Of a stretch of DNA of 42,837 bases, positions 18,514 through 28,183 are shown piece by piece. The stretch is from Candidatus Limnocylindrales bacterium. Its GTDB lineage: Bacteria; Chloroflexota; Limnocylindria; Limnocylindrales; CSP1-4. Every line of letters starts with the position of its first letter. The first letter of the stretch is position 1. Position numbers and translations under genes: made by a program. The notes below the pieces were generated by a model. It ran no database searches. It was not told the origin of the DNA and was given only the letters and a program-made list of their open reading frames with translations. Where the stretch lies: contig JBBSCI010000002.1 of assembly GCA_038250445.1 (NCBI GenBank), positions 1 through 42,837 of the forward strand, given 5' to 3'.

Positions 18514-20324
18514 CCGGACGTCGCTCGGCAGCCATCGCTGGCCTTCTCGCGACAACCCTGGTGACACTCGTGGCTTGCCAGGCGGAGGCGCCGGCTCCCT
18601 CGACGAGCCTGGCCCCGAGCCAGACCGGGGCCCCGAGCGAGCCGCCGACCGCGGCGATCGACCTGACCGATTCGTCGTACAAGCCCGAGGCGGGCAAGGA
18701 CGGCGGCTCGATCGTCATCGGCGACTGGCAACAGGCCAATCAGTTCAACCCCTATTACCTCGGCCTTGGATCGGAGCCGGCGGTGGCGTCCGCGACCTGG
18801 GCATCGCTTGTTTCGTTCACCCACGGAGATCGCTACCTGCCCGATCTCGCCGCTTCACTCCCGACGGTCGACAACGGAGGCGTCAAGCTGCCGGGCGACA
18901 ACGGCGATGCGATGACCGTTACCTGGAAGCTGCGCGACGGCCTCAAGTGGTCAGATGGCGAGCCGCTGACCTGCGACGACTTCAAGTACGCATGGGAATG
19001 GGTTCTGGACGACAACAATTTCGGCGTCGTGTCGTCGGGGTACGCCGACATCAGGGGGTTCGACTGCCCCTCGGACACCGCCATGATCTGGCATTTCAAG
19101 AGCGTCTACCAGGGTTACCTGACCCTGATGAAGGCGCCCCTCCCACGCCACTTCCTGCAGGCGATCCCGATGCAGGATCAGGCCCAGGGCGTGGGCTTTC
19201 GCCCTGACGAACTCTCGAAGCTTCCCGTGAGCGGCCCGTTCCGCTTCGAGGGAGTCACCCCCGACGTCGAGCTGCGCCTCGCGAAGAATCCGAACTACTC
19301 GAGCTCCCGGACCGGCAAGCCGGCGCAACTGGCTTCGCTGACGTTCCGCTGGTACCCGGATCGCGACGCGGTGATTGTCGCCTACCGGGCCCGGAAGATC
19401 GACATCGCGACCGGCCTGACGGAGGCGGACCTGGAGGGCGTCGCGGACCTGGGCGCGCAGGTTGTGACCCGACCCTCGCTGATCTACGAGGCGATCCGGC
19501 CGAACTGGTCGCCGGATGCCTGTTCGAGAGCCGCAGCGGTCGCCGATCGTGGCCCCGGTTGTCCGATGGCCGATCCCGCGATGCGGCAAGCCGTGGCCCT
19601 GGCGATCGACCGAAGCGCGATCGTTGAATCAGCCCTCGGCGGTGCGTTCAGGCCGCTGGCGACCAATGTCGACCCAGCGGCCTGGTTCCACACCCAGCAG
19701 TCCGCGCCGGCGTTCGATCCAGCCAAGGCAAGGCAGGTCCTCGACGCGGCCGGCTGGAAGGACACCGACCGGGACGGCATCCGCGAGAGGGACGGCCTCA
19801 TCGCCCGGATCGAGATCTGCACGACGGCGCGCCAGGCGCGGGCGGATGCCGTCGCCCTCGCAGCCGCTTCGCTGAAGGACGTGGGGATCGAGGCCATCCC
19901 ACGCGAAGTCGACCCCGCCGACATGTTCGCGGCGTACGAGCGATCCAATCGCGCGACGCCGTGCGGCCTGCGGCGCGCCAACTTCGACCTGGCCGTTCAG
20001 TCGCTGGCCTCGTCAACCCAGCCATCCGACTACTTCTTCCGCTACCACAGCAGTCAGTTCGAGCCGGACGGCGAGAACGACGCGAGCGTGAGCGATGTCG
20101 GCATCGACGTTGCGCTGGACACGGTCAGGAGCACCGTCAATCCGGCGGTCATCAGGGACGCGATGGCCGAGTTCCAGAGGATCTACCTCGAGCAGACCGT
20201 CGAGATGCCGATCTACTTCCAGCAGATCGTCGAGCTCCACGCGGCGAAAGCTGGCAACGTCGTCGGCGGCTCGCCGTTCGGAGGCATCACCTGGAACGTC
20301 GCCGACTGGTTCGTCAAGGGCTGA
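18471..20324 (+). CDS. ABC transporter substrate-binding protein, family 5 (Opp/Dpp/Nik type), orphan copy
   Basis: Arg-rich signal ending in lipobox TGRRSAAIAGLLATTLVTLVAC. The mature part is clearly paralogous to the SBP at 21859..23694 (DNGGVKLPGDNGDAMTVTWKLRDGLKWSDGEPLTCDDFKY, GCPMADPAMRQA). The start is ATG 18471 or GTG 18501, and both overlap the gcvPB 3' end. The upstream part of ORF 18156..20324 is out-of-frame gcvPB. Confidence 0.88.
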   Translation: MARNDRRRDAVPRLTGRRSAAIAGLLATTLVTLVACQAEAPAPSTSLAPSQTGAPSEPPTAAIDLTDSSYKPEAGKDGGSIVIGDWQQANQFNPYYLGLGSEPAVASATWASLVSFTHGDRYLPDLAASLPTVDNGGVKLPGDNGDAMTVTWKLRDGLKWSDGEPLTCDDFKYAWEWVLDDNNFGVVSSGYADIRGFDCPSDTAMIWHFKSVYQGYLTLMKAPLPRHFLQAIPMQDQAQGVGFRPDELSKLPVSGPFRFEGVTPDVELRLAKNPNYSSSRTGKPAQLASLTFRWYPDRDAVIVAYRARKIDIATGLTEADLEGVADLGAQVVTRPSLIYEAIRPNWSPDACSRAAAVADRGPGCPMADPAMRQAVALAIDRSAIVESALGGAFRPLATNVDPAAWFHTQQSAPAFDPAKARQVLDAAGWKDTDRDGIRERDGLIARIEICTTARQARADAVALAAASLKDVGIEAIPREVDPADMFAAYERSNRATPCGLRRANFDLAVQSLASSTQPSDYFFRYHSSQFEPDGENDASVSDVGIDVALDTVRSTVNPAVIRDAMAEFQRIYLEQTVEMPIYFQQIVELHAAKAGNVVGGSPFGGITWNVADWFVKG

Positions 20325-20373
20325 CGCCGGGCCCGGCGCGCTGCAATGAATCGCGCCGATCCCCGCACGAACT

Positions 20374-20398
20374 GAACCTTTTGGTCCAAGAGGTCGTA
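20374..20398 (+). promoter_or_regulatory. Candidate ECF-type promoter (GAAC-N17-CGTA) upstream of the sigma factor gene
   Basis: cTGAACC (GAAC at 20374-20377), a 17-nt spacer, then CGTATC (20395-20400), about 65 nt upstream of GTG 20464. This matches the generic ECF -35 GGAAC / -10 CGT architecture used for autoregulation. Confidence 0.4.
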
Positions 20399-20463
20399 TC
20401 GTGTAGGTAAGAGAGGCCCGGGGGCCGATACCTGCGCACGGAGACCGGACCACGAACGACACT

Positions 20464-21090
20464 GTGGGAGGCGCAGAGTCGTCGGCCAGCCAGAAGATCG
20501 ACGCGGAGCTGTTGCGGCGCGTTCAGGCCGATGATCTTGATGCCTTCGAGGAGTTCTTCGCACGGTATCGCCAAGCGATCTACCGGACAGCCTACGGCCT
20601 GACCGGCGACCGGCTGACCGCAGAAGAGATCCTCCAGGACACATTTGCCCGCGCCCACCGGCATCGGCACAAGTTCCGCACGGACATGTCCCCCCTGCCG
20701 TGGCTTCACCGTGTCTCGCTCAACCTGTGCTACTCGCGACTCTCGCGGCGGCGGCTCGAGACCGGCTCGATCGACGACGCGGTGGAGTACTCCTTGCCTG
20801 ACGATCGGTCGCTACCGGCGGAGACCGCCGAGCAGGCCGAGCTTCGCCAGATCGTCCGCGAGGGGATTGCCGCGCTGCCGGAGAAGCACCGCAGTGTCGT
20901 GGTTGTCTATTACCTCCACTCCCTGTCCCTCCTCGAGACGGCTGAGGCCCTCGGGATCCAGCTTGGCACGGTAAAATCCCGGCTCCACTACGCCCTGCGC
21001 AGCCTCCGAGTCCACCTCGAGCAGGATCGGCGGTTCGGCGGGACATATCTTCCCATCGCACCCGACGAAGCCCGGGTCGATGCGCCGTGA
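20464..21090 (+). CDS. ECF (sigma-70 family group 4) RNA polymerase sigma factor
   Basis: Region 2: DAFEEFFARYRQAIYRTAYGLTGDRLTAEEILQDTFARAHRH. Region 4: LPEKHRSVVVVYYLHSLSLLETAEALGIQLGTVKSRLHYALRSLR. Confidence 0.9.
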   Translation: MGGAESSASQKIDAELLRRVQADDLDAFEEFFARYRQAIYRTAYGLTGDRLTAEEILQDTFARAHRHRHKFRTDMSPLPWLHRVSLNLCYSRLSRRRLETGSIDDAVEYSLPDDRSLPAETAEQAELRQIVREGIAALPEKHRSVVVVYYLHSLSLLETAEALGIQLGTVKSRLHYALRSLRVHLEQDRRFGGTYLPIAPDEARVDAP

Positions 21091-21662
21091 TCGGCGCAGG
21101 CGCCTGTCAGCAGCACCGTCCCGCGCTCCTCGACTTCGTCGATCGCGGCGAGATCGCACCAGCGACCGGCGCCGCTCTCGCCCACCTCAACCGGTGCAAC
21201 CGGTGCACGACCGAGCTCGAGACGACGATGCTCGCGATCACGGCACTCCGGCGCCTCGGCGCGGATGCGGCCCGGGTCGAACCGTCACCGGATGCGTGGC
21301 CCCGACTGCGAGCTCGAATCCAGCGCTGGCGGCGCGTCCGCTGGGCAGTCCTGTCACCGACCAGCGGCATGGCAATGAGCGTCATGCTCGTCGCCCTGCT
21401 GATCGCGCCGATGCGACTCGGCGCGGCGGCTCCCGCCAGCTCGCCGACACCTCTCCCGGAGCGTGGCTCGACCGCGCTCCTGGCGGAGTTGCGGGTCGAG
21501 CGCAATTACATCGCGACTTCCCACCTGGTCAGCCTTCCGGCATACGACACGATGGTGTCGGAGGTTGGCAGCCTGTACCGGAATTACCCCGACGGCATCC
21601 ATCCGACCCAGAAGGAGGTGAGCCCGGCCGGACCGAGCGGACGGCCGCTTGAGGCAATTTGA
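21087..21662 (+). CDS. Anti-sigma factor (zf-HC2 type), single-pass membrane protein
   Basis: GTG 21087 overlaps the sigma stop (GTGA). N-terminal CQQHRPALLDFVD...AHLNRCNRC (H-x3-C-x2-C), one TM (WAVLSPTSGMAMSVMLVALLIAPM), and an external tail of about 90 aa of unknown fold. Confidence 0.75.
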   Translation: MIGAGACQQHRPALLDFVDRGEIAPATGAALAHLNRCNRCTTELETTMLAITALRRLGADAARVEPSPDAWPRLRARIQRWRRVRWAVLSPTSGMAMSVMLVALLIAPMRLGAAAPASSPTPLPERGSTALLAELRVERNYIATSHLVSLPAYDTMVSEVGSLYRNYPDGIHPTQKEVSPAGPSGRPLEAI

Positions 21663-21858
21663 CACGTATGGGCAGCGTGCCCATAGTACCCGCAGCGCAG
21701 GAGCCGAACGCTCACCGTGTGCCCGCGCAAACCATCGAATCGATCATTCCGGCAGGCGCGCCTGAGCGGAAGACCATGGCGAACGATGGTGGGCGCGGCG
21801 CCGAACGAGGCGATCTGCGACCGGAATTGGGGTCAAAGACCCATTGGGAGGAGCATAG

Positions 21859-23694
21859 ATGCGAAAACGTTTGATAGGCCTGTTCGCGAGCACGATGATC
21901 GTGTTTGCGGCATGCGGTGGGTCGGCCAGTCCGTCACCCGCGTCGTCGGCCTCGGCCTCGGCACCCGCATCGGGTTCAACCGGGCCATCGGAGTCGGCCA
22001 GCGCATCGGCTGGACCAGCAACGCCTGACCTGTTCGGTACGAAGTACAAGGACGTGCGCAAGCCCGGCACCACCGGCGGCTCGGTGATCTTCGCCGACTG
22101 GCAGGAAGCGACCGAGTTCAACTTCTACTACCAGGGCCAGGTCACCGAGGCGAACCTGACGTCGGCGACCCAGGGCGGGCTGGTAACCGTCACGGACGAC
22201 TTCAAGTACGCCCCCGACCAGGCTACCGAGATCCCGACGATCGACAACGGCGGGGTCAAGGTTCCCGGCGACGGCGGCGACGCGATGACCGTGACATGGA
22301 AGATGCGACCCGGCCTGAAGTGGTCGGACGGCGAGGCCCTGACCTGCGACGACTACAAGTTCACGCAGGACTGGATCATCGACAAGGACAACACGGGCCT
22401 GTTCGCCGGCCGCGGCGGCTACGAGGACATCAAGACCCTCGAATGCACGGACCCCCAGACGATCGTCCTCCATTTCTCGAAGATCTACGAGGGTTACCTC
22501 GCCTTGTACGGGGCGCCGCTCCCCAAGCATTACGTCTCGAAGTTCACGGTCAAGGAGAGCGTCCAGCACAAGGGCATGGGCGCCGCCGATATGCCGAAGG
22601 TCCCGGTCTCGGGACCATTCAAGTACGCGTCGGTCACCCCGGGCGCAGAGATCCGGCTCGTCCGGAATGACAACTACACGAACCCGTGGGACGGCAAGCC
22701 GGCCAACCTCGACTCGCTCATCTTCAAGTGGTACGGCGACGCGGATGCGATGATCGCCGGCTACAAGGGTGGCGAGCACGACATCTCCAACGACCTCAAC
22801 GACGCTGACCTGCCGAAGATCGTCGATCAGGGCGATCAGGTGAAGCAGCTCAACTCGCTGACCTATGAATTCCTGCGACCGAACTGGAACCCGGACGTCT
22901 GCTCGCCGAACATCCCCGATCGTGGCAAGGGTTGCCCGATGGCGGATCCGGCGATGCGCGAGGCGATCCGCTGGGCGGTCAACAAGGACGAGATCAATAC
23001 GCGGCTCCTGGGTGGCGCCGCCGCCCTCGGCTTCACCAACGTCTCGCCGAACGCTTGGTTCTATAGCGACCCGCCGACCTACACCTTCGATCCTGAGAAG
23101 GCCAAGTCGGTCCTCGACGCCGGCGGCTGGACCGTCGGTGCTGACGGGATCCGCGAGAAGGGCGGCCTCAAGGCCAAGATCGAGCTGTGCACGACGACCC
23201 GCCAGGTCCGCCAGGACACGCTGGCCCTGGTCTCGTCGTACCTCAAAGACGTCGGTATCGACGCGACCGTGAACGCGGTCTCGCCGGCCGATATCTTCGC
23301 CACGCTCAACGAGGCGACCGATCAGACGCCGTGCGCTCTGTCGAAGAGCCACTTCGACATCGCCGAGCACGCCTTCTCGGTGCCGCTCGACCCCAACGCC
23401 AACTATGCGACGTATCACTCGAGCCAGGTCGAGCCGAACGGCAGCAACGATGGCTTCATCAAGGACCCCGACGTCGATCGAATCCTCGACGGCGTCAAGG
23501 GCACCGTTGACTTCGCCGAGATCAAGGCCCTCATGGCGGAGTGGCAGAAGATCTACGTCGACAAGACGATGGAGATCCCGCTCTACTTCCGCAAGGAGGT
23601 CTACCTCCTGAACCCGAAGGTCACGAACTTCACCGGGAACCCGACCTCGCAGGGTCCCACGTGGAACGCCTACGACTGGTCAGTGACCCCGTAG
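21859..23694 (+). CDS. ABC transporter substrate-binding lipoprotein, family 5 (Opp/Dpp type), system 1
   Basis: RBS GGGAGGAG, lipoprotein signal MRKRLIGLFASTMIVFAAC. 611 aa, paralogous to 18471..20324. Confidence 0.9.
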   Translation: MRKRLIGLFASTMIVFAACGGSASPSPASSASASAPASGSTGPSESASASAGPATPDLFGTKYKDVRKPGTTGGSVIFADWQEATEFNFYYQGQVTEANLTSATQGGLVTVTDDFKYAPDQATEIPTIDNGGVKVPGDGGDAMTVTWKMRPGLKWSDGEALTCDDYKFTQDWIIDKDNTGLFAGRGGYEDIKTLECTDPQTIVLHFSKIYEGYLALYGAPLPKHYVSKFTVKESVQHKGMGAADMPKVPVSGPFKYASVTPGAEIRLVRNDNYTNPWDGKPANLDSLIFKWYGDADAMIAGYKGGEHDISNDLNDADLPKIVDQGDQVKQLNSLTYEFLRPNWNPDVCSPNIPDRGKGCPMADPAMREAIRWAVNKDEINTRLLGGAAALGFTNVSPNAWFYSDPPTYTFDPEKAKSVLDAGGWTVGADGIREKGGLKAKIELCTTTRQVRQDTLALVSSYLKDVGIDATVNAVSPADIFATLNEATDQTPCALSKSHFDIAEHAFSVPLDPNANYATYHSSQVEPNGSNDGFIKDPDVDRILDGVKGTVDFAEIKALMAEWQKIYVDKTMEIPLYFRKEVYLLNPKVTNFTGNPTSQGPTWNAYDWSVTP

Positions 23695-23712
23695 GTCCCA
23701 TCCAGGACTGAT

Positions 23713-23767
23713 GCGGCGGGCTCCGTCCGCCGCCACAATCCGCTCGGGGCCCTAGCGCCCCGAGCGG
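23713..23767 (+). terminator. Two GC hairpins between the SBP and permease genes (partial terminator/attenuator)
   Basis: GCGGCGG-N7-CCGCCGC (23713-23733) and CCGCTCGGGGC-cctagc-GCCCCGAGCGG (23740-23767), followed by CTTTCC. Confidence 0.5.
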
Positions 23768-23848
23768 CTTTCCACTACATTCCCCCGAAACGACGCGCTC
23801 CTGCCGCTCTCCTAGCGACGAGACCGAGATGAAGCTGGTGGTGGCTCC

Positions 23849-24946
23849 ATGACGAAGTACGTGATCCGGCGCGTGATCCAGGCGATCCCGGTGCTCTTCG
23901 GCATCACGATCGTGGTGTACTCGATCCTCCTTGCCGCCCCGGGCGGCCCGACAGCGAAATTCGCGAACAACCCGCGCGTGACGCTCGCCGACAGGGAGGC
24001 GTTCAAGAAGTCCTGGGGCCTCGATCAACCGATCCCCGTCCAGTACTGTCGCTGGCTCGGCGTCTGCAATCCGGACGGCCAGGGGCTGGGCGTATTCATC
24101 GGCCCGACGGGCTGGCCAAATTTCCTGCCCGAGGCTCTCAGTGGCGCGAAGAACGGGATGTCCCATGGTGACTTCGGCGTGTCGGTCACGAGCGGTGAGC
24201 CCGTCGGCGCCCGCATCATTCGAGCGGCTCTCCCGACGGTCATCCTTGCTGGCTTTGCCCTGATCATATGGATCTCGATCGCGATCGTCATCGGCGTCTA
24301 CGCGGCCGTAAGGCGATACTCCTTCTTCGACCAAGCCGCCACCATCTTCGCCTACGTTGGCTATGCGATGCCCACGTTCTGGCTCGGCATCATGCTCATC
24401 TACCTGTTCAGCGGCCCGGGCCTGAACATCCTGCCAGCCGGCGGGATGACGACGACCAGGCTCTCGCCGCCGTTCGGAAGCGACGAGTACTGGGTCTACT
24501 TCGGGACCAAACCGATCGAGGCGCTGCTCGACGTCGGGCGGCACCTGATCCTGCCGGTGTTCACCCTCGTCGTCGTGAACATCGCCGGTGACAGCCGGTT
24601 CGTCCGCGCGAGTATGCTCGAGGCCCTCAGCCAGGACTACGTCCGGACGGCCAAGGCAAAGGGCCTTCCCGGTCGGACCGTGACGTTCAAGCACGCGCTT
24701 CGCAACGCGCTCCTGCCGGTCGTCACGAACATCGGGCTGGAGATCCCGTTCCTGTTCACGGGCGCGATCGTCACGGAGACGATCTTCTCGTGGCCGGGGG
24801 TCGGCAAGCTGACGATCGACGCGACGCGCGACTTCGATTATCCGACGCTGATGGGCGTCCTCCTCGTCACCTCGGTGGTCGTCGTCTTCGCGAATCTGAT
24901 CGCCGACGTCACCTACGCGTTCGTCGATCCGCGGATCAAGTACTGA
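23849..24946 (+). CDS. Opp/Dpp-type ABC permease (OppB/DppB-like), system 1
   Basis: MTKYVIRRVIQAIPVLFGITIVVYSIL N-terminus. EAA-like region SMLEALSQDYVRTAKAKGLPGRTVTFKHALRNALLPVVT. Confidence 0.92.
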   Translation: MTKYVIRRVIQAIPVLFGITIVVYSILLAAPGGPTAKFANNPRVTLADREAFKKSWGLDQPIPVQYCRWLGVCNPDGQGLGVFIGPTGWPNFLPEALSGAKNGMSHGDFGVSVTSGEPVGARIIRAALPTVILAGFALIIWISIAIVIGVYAAVRRYSFFDQAATIFAYVGYAMPTFWLGIMLIYLFSGPGLNILPAGGMTTTRLSPPFGSDEYWVYFGTKPIEALLDVGRHLILPVFTLVVVNIAGDSRFVRASMLEALSQDYVRTAKAKGLPGRTVTFKHALRNALLPVVTNIGLEIPFLFTGAIVTETIFSWPGVGKLTIDATRDFDYPTLMGVLLVTSVVVVFANLIADVTYAFVDPRIKY

Positions 24947-24953
24947 GGGGACC

Positions 24954-25916
24954 GTGACCGAACAGCCGGGCGGGTCCATACCCGAAATCAACGTCGAAGA
25001 AGTCGAACGCCGCGCGGAAGAGGCCGGAGTCGACTACGAGGTCCAACTCGAATCGCTCAACCAGTGGCAGCTCGCCTGGCGGAAGTTCAGGAAGCACCGG
25101 CTCGCGCTCATCGGCCTTGGCATCCTCATCGTCCTCGTGGCCGCCGCGTTGATCGGACCGATCATCTCGCCGTTCGTCTTCAACAACGTCCCCAAGCCTG
25201 ACGTCGCGGTCTATGCCGGCCGCGGACCGTCGCTCACGCACCCGTTCGGCGAGACGGGCGGTCTCCAGCGCGACGTCCTCCAGCTCGTCGTGAATGGCGC
25301 GCGGACATCGCTGCTGATCGGCTTCAGCAGCATGGCCATCGGTGTCATCATCGGGACGATCATCGGATCGCTGGCGGGTTATGTGGGAGGGTTCGCGGAC
25401 AACGTCCTCATGCGGATCGTCGACGTGATGCTGAGCCTGCCCCTCCTGTTCGTCATCCTCGTCGCCAGCCGGTTCTTCGGCAACGGCAACGTCCTGCTGA
25501 TCATCGTCATCTTCGGGGTTTTCAGCTGGATGGGAATCGCCCGGCTCGTTCGTAGTCTCTTCCTGTCCATCCGCGAACGAGAGTTCGTCGAGGCGGCCAA
25601 AGCCGTCGGCGTTCGGGACCGGCGGATCATCTTCCGGCACATCCTGCCGAACGCGATCAGCCCGATCGTCGTCTCGGCCTCGCTGATCGTTGCCGCCAAC
25701 ATCATCGGCGAAGCGTTCGTGAGCTTCCTCGGTTTCGGCGTGAACCCGATCTACCCGACGTGGGGCAACGTCCTCACCAACGCGCTGACGTTCATCCCCG
25801 TCGGCAACTGGTGGTGGCCGTTCTTCCCGGGCCTGGCGATCATCATGACGGTTCTGGCGGTCAACTTCATCGGCGACGGCTTGCGCGACGCACTCGATCC
25901 GCGATCGCGCGCATGA
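24954..25916 (+). CDS. Opp/Dpp-type ABC permease (OppC/DppC-like), system 1
   Basis: WRKFRKHRLALIGLGILIV N-terminus. REREFVEAAKAVGVRDRRIIFRHILPNAISPIVV. Confidence 0.92.
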   Translation: MTEQPGGSIPEINVEEVERRAEEAGVDYEVQLESLNQWQLAWRKFRKHRLALIGLGILIVLVAAALIGPIISPFVFNNVPKPDVAVYAGRGPSLTHPFGETGGLQRDVLQLVVNGARTSLLIGFSSMAIGVIIGTIIGSLAGYVGGFADNVLMRIVDVMLSLPLLFVILVASRFFGNGNVLLIIVIFGVFSWMGIARLVRSLFLSIREREFVEAAKAVGVRDRRIIFRHILPNAISPIVVSASLIVAANIIGEAFVSFLGFGVNPIYPTWGNVLTNALTFIPVGNWWWPFFPGLAIIMTVLAVNFIGDGLRDALDPRSRA

Positions 25917-27013
25917 CCGAGACGATCGAAGTCCGTCGGGTCGGTTCGCCGCCACCCGCCGAGGTCCTTCTCGACGTCCGGAACCTGCGCACGACGTTCC
26001 ACGTGATGGACGGCGACGTCCCGGCGGTCGACGGCGTGAGCTTCGACCTCAAGCGCGGCCAGAGCCTCGGCATCGTGGGTGAGTCCGGATCTGGCAAGAG
26101 CGTCACGGCCCTCACGATCATGCGCCTGCTCGACATCCCGCCGGCCGAGATCAGCGGCGAGAGCGAGATCTGGTTCGACGGCAAAGAGTTGCTCGGGATG
26201 CCCATCGACGAGGTACGCAAGATCCGCGGCAACGACATGGCGATGATCTTCCAGGAGCCGTTGACGAGCCTCAACCCGGTCTTCACGATCGGCGACCAGA
26301 TCGCCGAGCAGGTCGAGCTCCACCTGAAGGTGAAGAAGAAGGAGGCATGGCAGCGGGCGATCGAGTCGCTCAAACTGGTCGGGATCCCCAGCCCTGAGCG
26401 GCGGGTGAAACAGTACCCCCATGAGATGTCGGGCGGGATGCGCCAGCGGGTGATGATCGCGATGGCCCTGTCGTGCGAGCCGAAGCTGCTCATCGCCGAC
26501 GAGCCGACGACCGCCCTCGACGTGACGATCCAGGCTCAGATCCTCGAGCTCCTCAAGACCATCCAGGAACGGACGGATTCGGCGCTGCTGCTGATCACGC
26601 ACGACCTGGGGGTCGTTGCGGAGATGGTCCAGAACGTCGTCGTCATGTACGCCGGCCAGGTCGTCGAACGAGGCTCGGTCAACGAGGTGCTCATCGGGCC
26701 GCGGGCCCCATACACGATGGGGTTGATCGAATCGATCCCGACCGTCGACAAGCGCGGTGGCAGGCTGTCGGTGATCAAGGGGACCGTGCCGTCGCCGTTC
26801 AACCTCCCACCGGCGTGTCGCTTCGAGCCACGCTGCCCGTATGCCTGGGACCTCTGCCGGACGGTCGCACCCGAACTTTATGAGACGGACCACGTCGGCC
26901 AGCTGGCGCGATGCCACCTCCACACGCCTGCGGGCGAATCCCGGCGCAAGGCCGCCATCGAGACGCACGAAGACGCCATGGACGTCGGGCGCGGCATGAG
27001 CCCGAGGGCCTGA
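25913..27013 (+). CDS. Opp/Dpp-type ABC ATP-binding protein (OppD/DppD-like), system 1
   Basis: ATG 25913 overlaps the permease stop (ATGA). [36 protein letters not shown], and a C-terminal four-Cys oligopeptide-transporter domain. Confidence 0.93.
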   Translation: MTETIEVRRVGSPPPAEVLLDVRNLRTTFHVMDGDVPAVDGVSFDLKRGQSLGIVGESGSGKSVTALTIMRLLDIPPAEISGESEIWFDGKELLGMPIDEVRKIRGNDMAMIFQEPLTSLNPVFTIGDQIAEQVELHLKVKKKEAWQRAIESLKLVGIPSPERRVKQYPHEMSGGMRQRVMIAMALSCEPKLLIADEPTTALDVTIQAQILELLKTIQERTDSALLLITHDLGVVAEMVQNVVVMYAGQVVERGSVNEVLIGPRAPYTMGLIESIPTVDKRGGRLSVIKGTVPSPFNLPPACRFEPRCPYAWDLCRTVAPELYETDHVGQLARCHLHTPAGESRRKAAIETHEDAMDVGRGMSPRA

Positions 27014-27014
27014 G

Positions 27015-28145
27015 GTGGAGGAACGCACACAGGTGCCGCAGGAGCCTGCGGACGGGCCGCCACCCACAGAGCCGTCGCCGGCCGGTCCGGATGGCGCGCT
27101 GCTCAGGGTTATCGGGCTCAAGAAGCACTTCCCGATCCTCGGCGGGCTCTTCCGTCGCCAGATCGCGACCGTGTATGCGGTCGACGGCGTGGACTTCGAT
27201 GTCCAGCCCGGCGAGACGTTTGCCCTCGTCGGGGAATCGGGCTGCGGGAAGACGACCCTCGGCCGATCGCTCCTGCGCCTCACCGAGCCGACGGCCGGGC
27301 AGGTGATCTTTGGGGGCCAGGACGTCACCGCCCTGTCGCAGGACGAGCTCCGGCCGCTCCGCCGCAAGATGCAGATCATCTTCCAGGATCCGTTCGGATC
27401 GCTGAACCCGCGGATGCCGGTCAGCGACATCATTGGCGAAGGCCTGTTCGCCCAGGGCGTACGCGACCGGCGAGTCCGGGACAAGAAAGTCGAGGACGCG
27501 CTCGAGGTCGTCGGGCTCCGTCGGGACTACACACGACGCTATCCGCATGAGTTCAGCGGCGGTCAACGGCAGCGGATCGGCATCGCTCGCGCGCTCGCGC
27601 TCGAGCCCGAGTTCATCGTCTGCGACGAGCCTGTGTCTGCCCTCGACGTCTCCATCCAGAGCCAGGTCCTGAACCTGCTGGTCGACCTCCGCCGGGACTT
27701 CAAGCTCACGTACCTGTTCATCAGTCACAACCTGTCGGTCGTCCAGTACCTCGCGGATCGGGTCGGGGTGATGTACCTCGGGCGGATCGTCGAGATCGGG
27801 ACAGTGGAGCAGCTCTACCAGAACGCCCGCCACCCCTACACGGTGGCGCTGCTGTCGGCGATCCCCGACGCGGATCCCCGCCGCCGCAAGAAGCGGCTGG
27901 TCCTGAAAGGCGACGTGCCCTCGCCGGCTGCACCGCCATCGGGTTGCCATTTCCACACCCGCTGCTGGCTCCGTGAAAAGCTCGGCAACCCCGAGCGGTG
28001 CTCGACCGAGGAGCCGCAGCTGCGCGTCCTCGAGAGCGGTCACCAGACCGCCTGTCATTTCGCCGAGGACGTCAGCGATCGGACGGTCGAGCAGGTTGCC
28101 GCCACCCAGGATGTGATCGAGACCGCCGTGGCGGATCCCGCATGA
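27015..28145 (+). CDS. Opp/Dpp-type ABC ATP-binding protein (OppF/DppF-like), system 1
   Basis: [37 protein letters not shown]-terminal GCHFHTRC...C...CHF. Confidence 0.93.
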   Translation: MEERTQVPQEPADGPPPTEPSPAGPDGALLRVIGLKKHFPILGGLFRRQIATVYAVDGVDFDVQPGETFALVGESGCGKTTLGRSLLRLTEPTAGQVIFGGQDVTALSQDELRPLRRKMQIIFQDPFGSLNPRMPVSDIIGEGLFAQGVRDRRVRDKKVEDALEVVGLRRDYTRRYPHEFSGGQRQRIGIARALALEPEFIVCDEPVSALDVSIQSQVLNLLVDLRRDFKLTYLFISHNLSVVQYLADRVGVMYLGRIVEIGTVEQLYQNARHPYTVALLSAIPDADPRRRKKRLVLKGDVPSPAAPPSGCHFHTRCWLREKLGNPERCSTEEPQLRVLESGHQTACHFAEDVSDRTVEQVAATQDVIETAVADPA

Positions 28146-28183
28146 CCGATGCCGGAAGGCGAGAGACCGGGGAGTTCGGGAAG

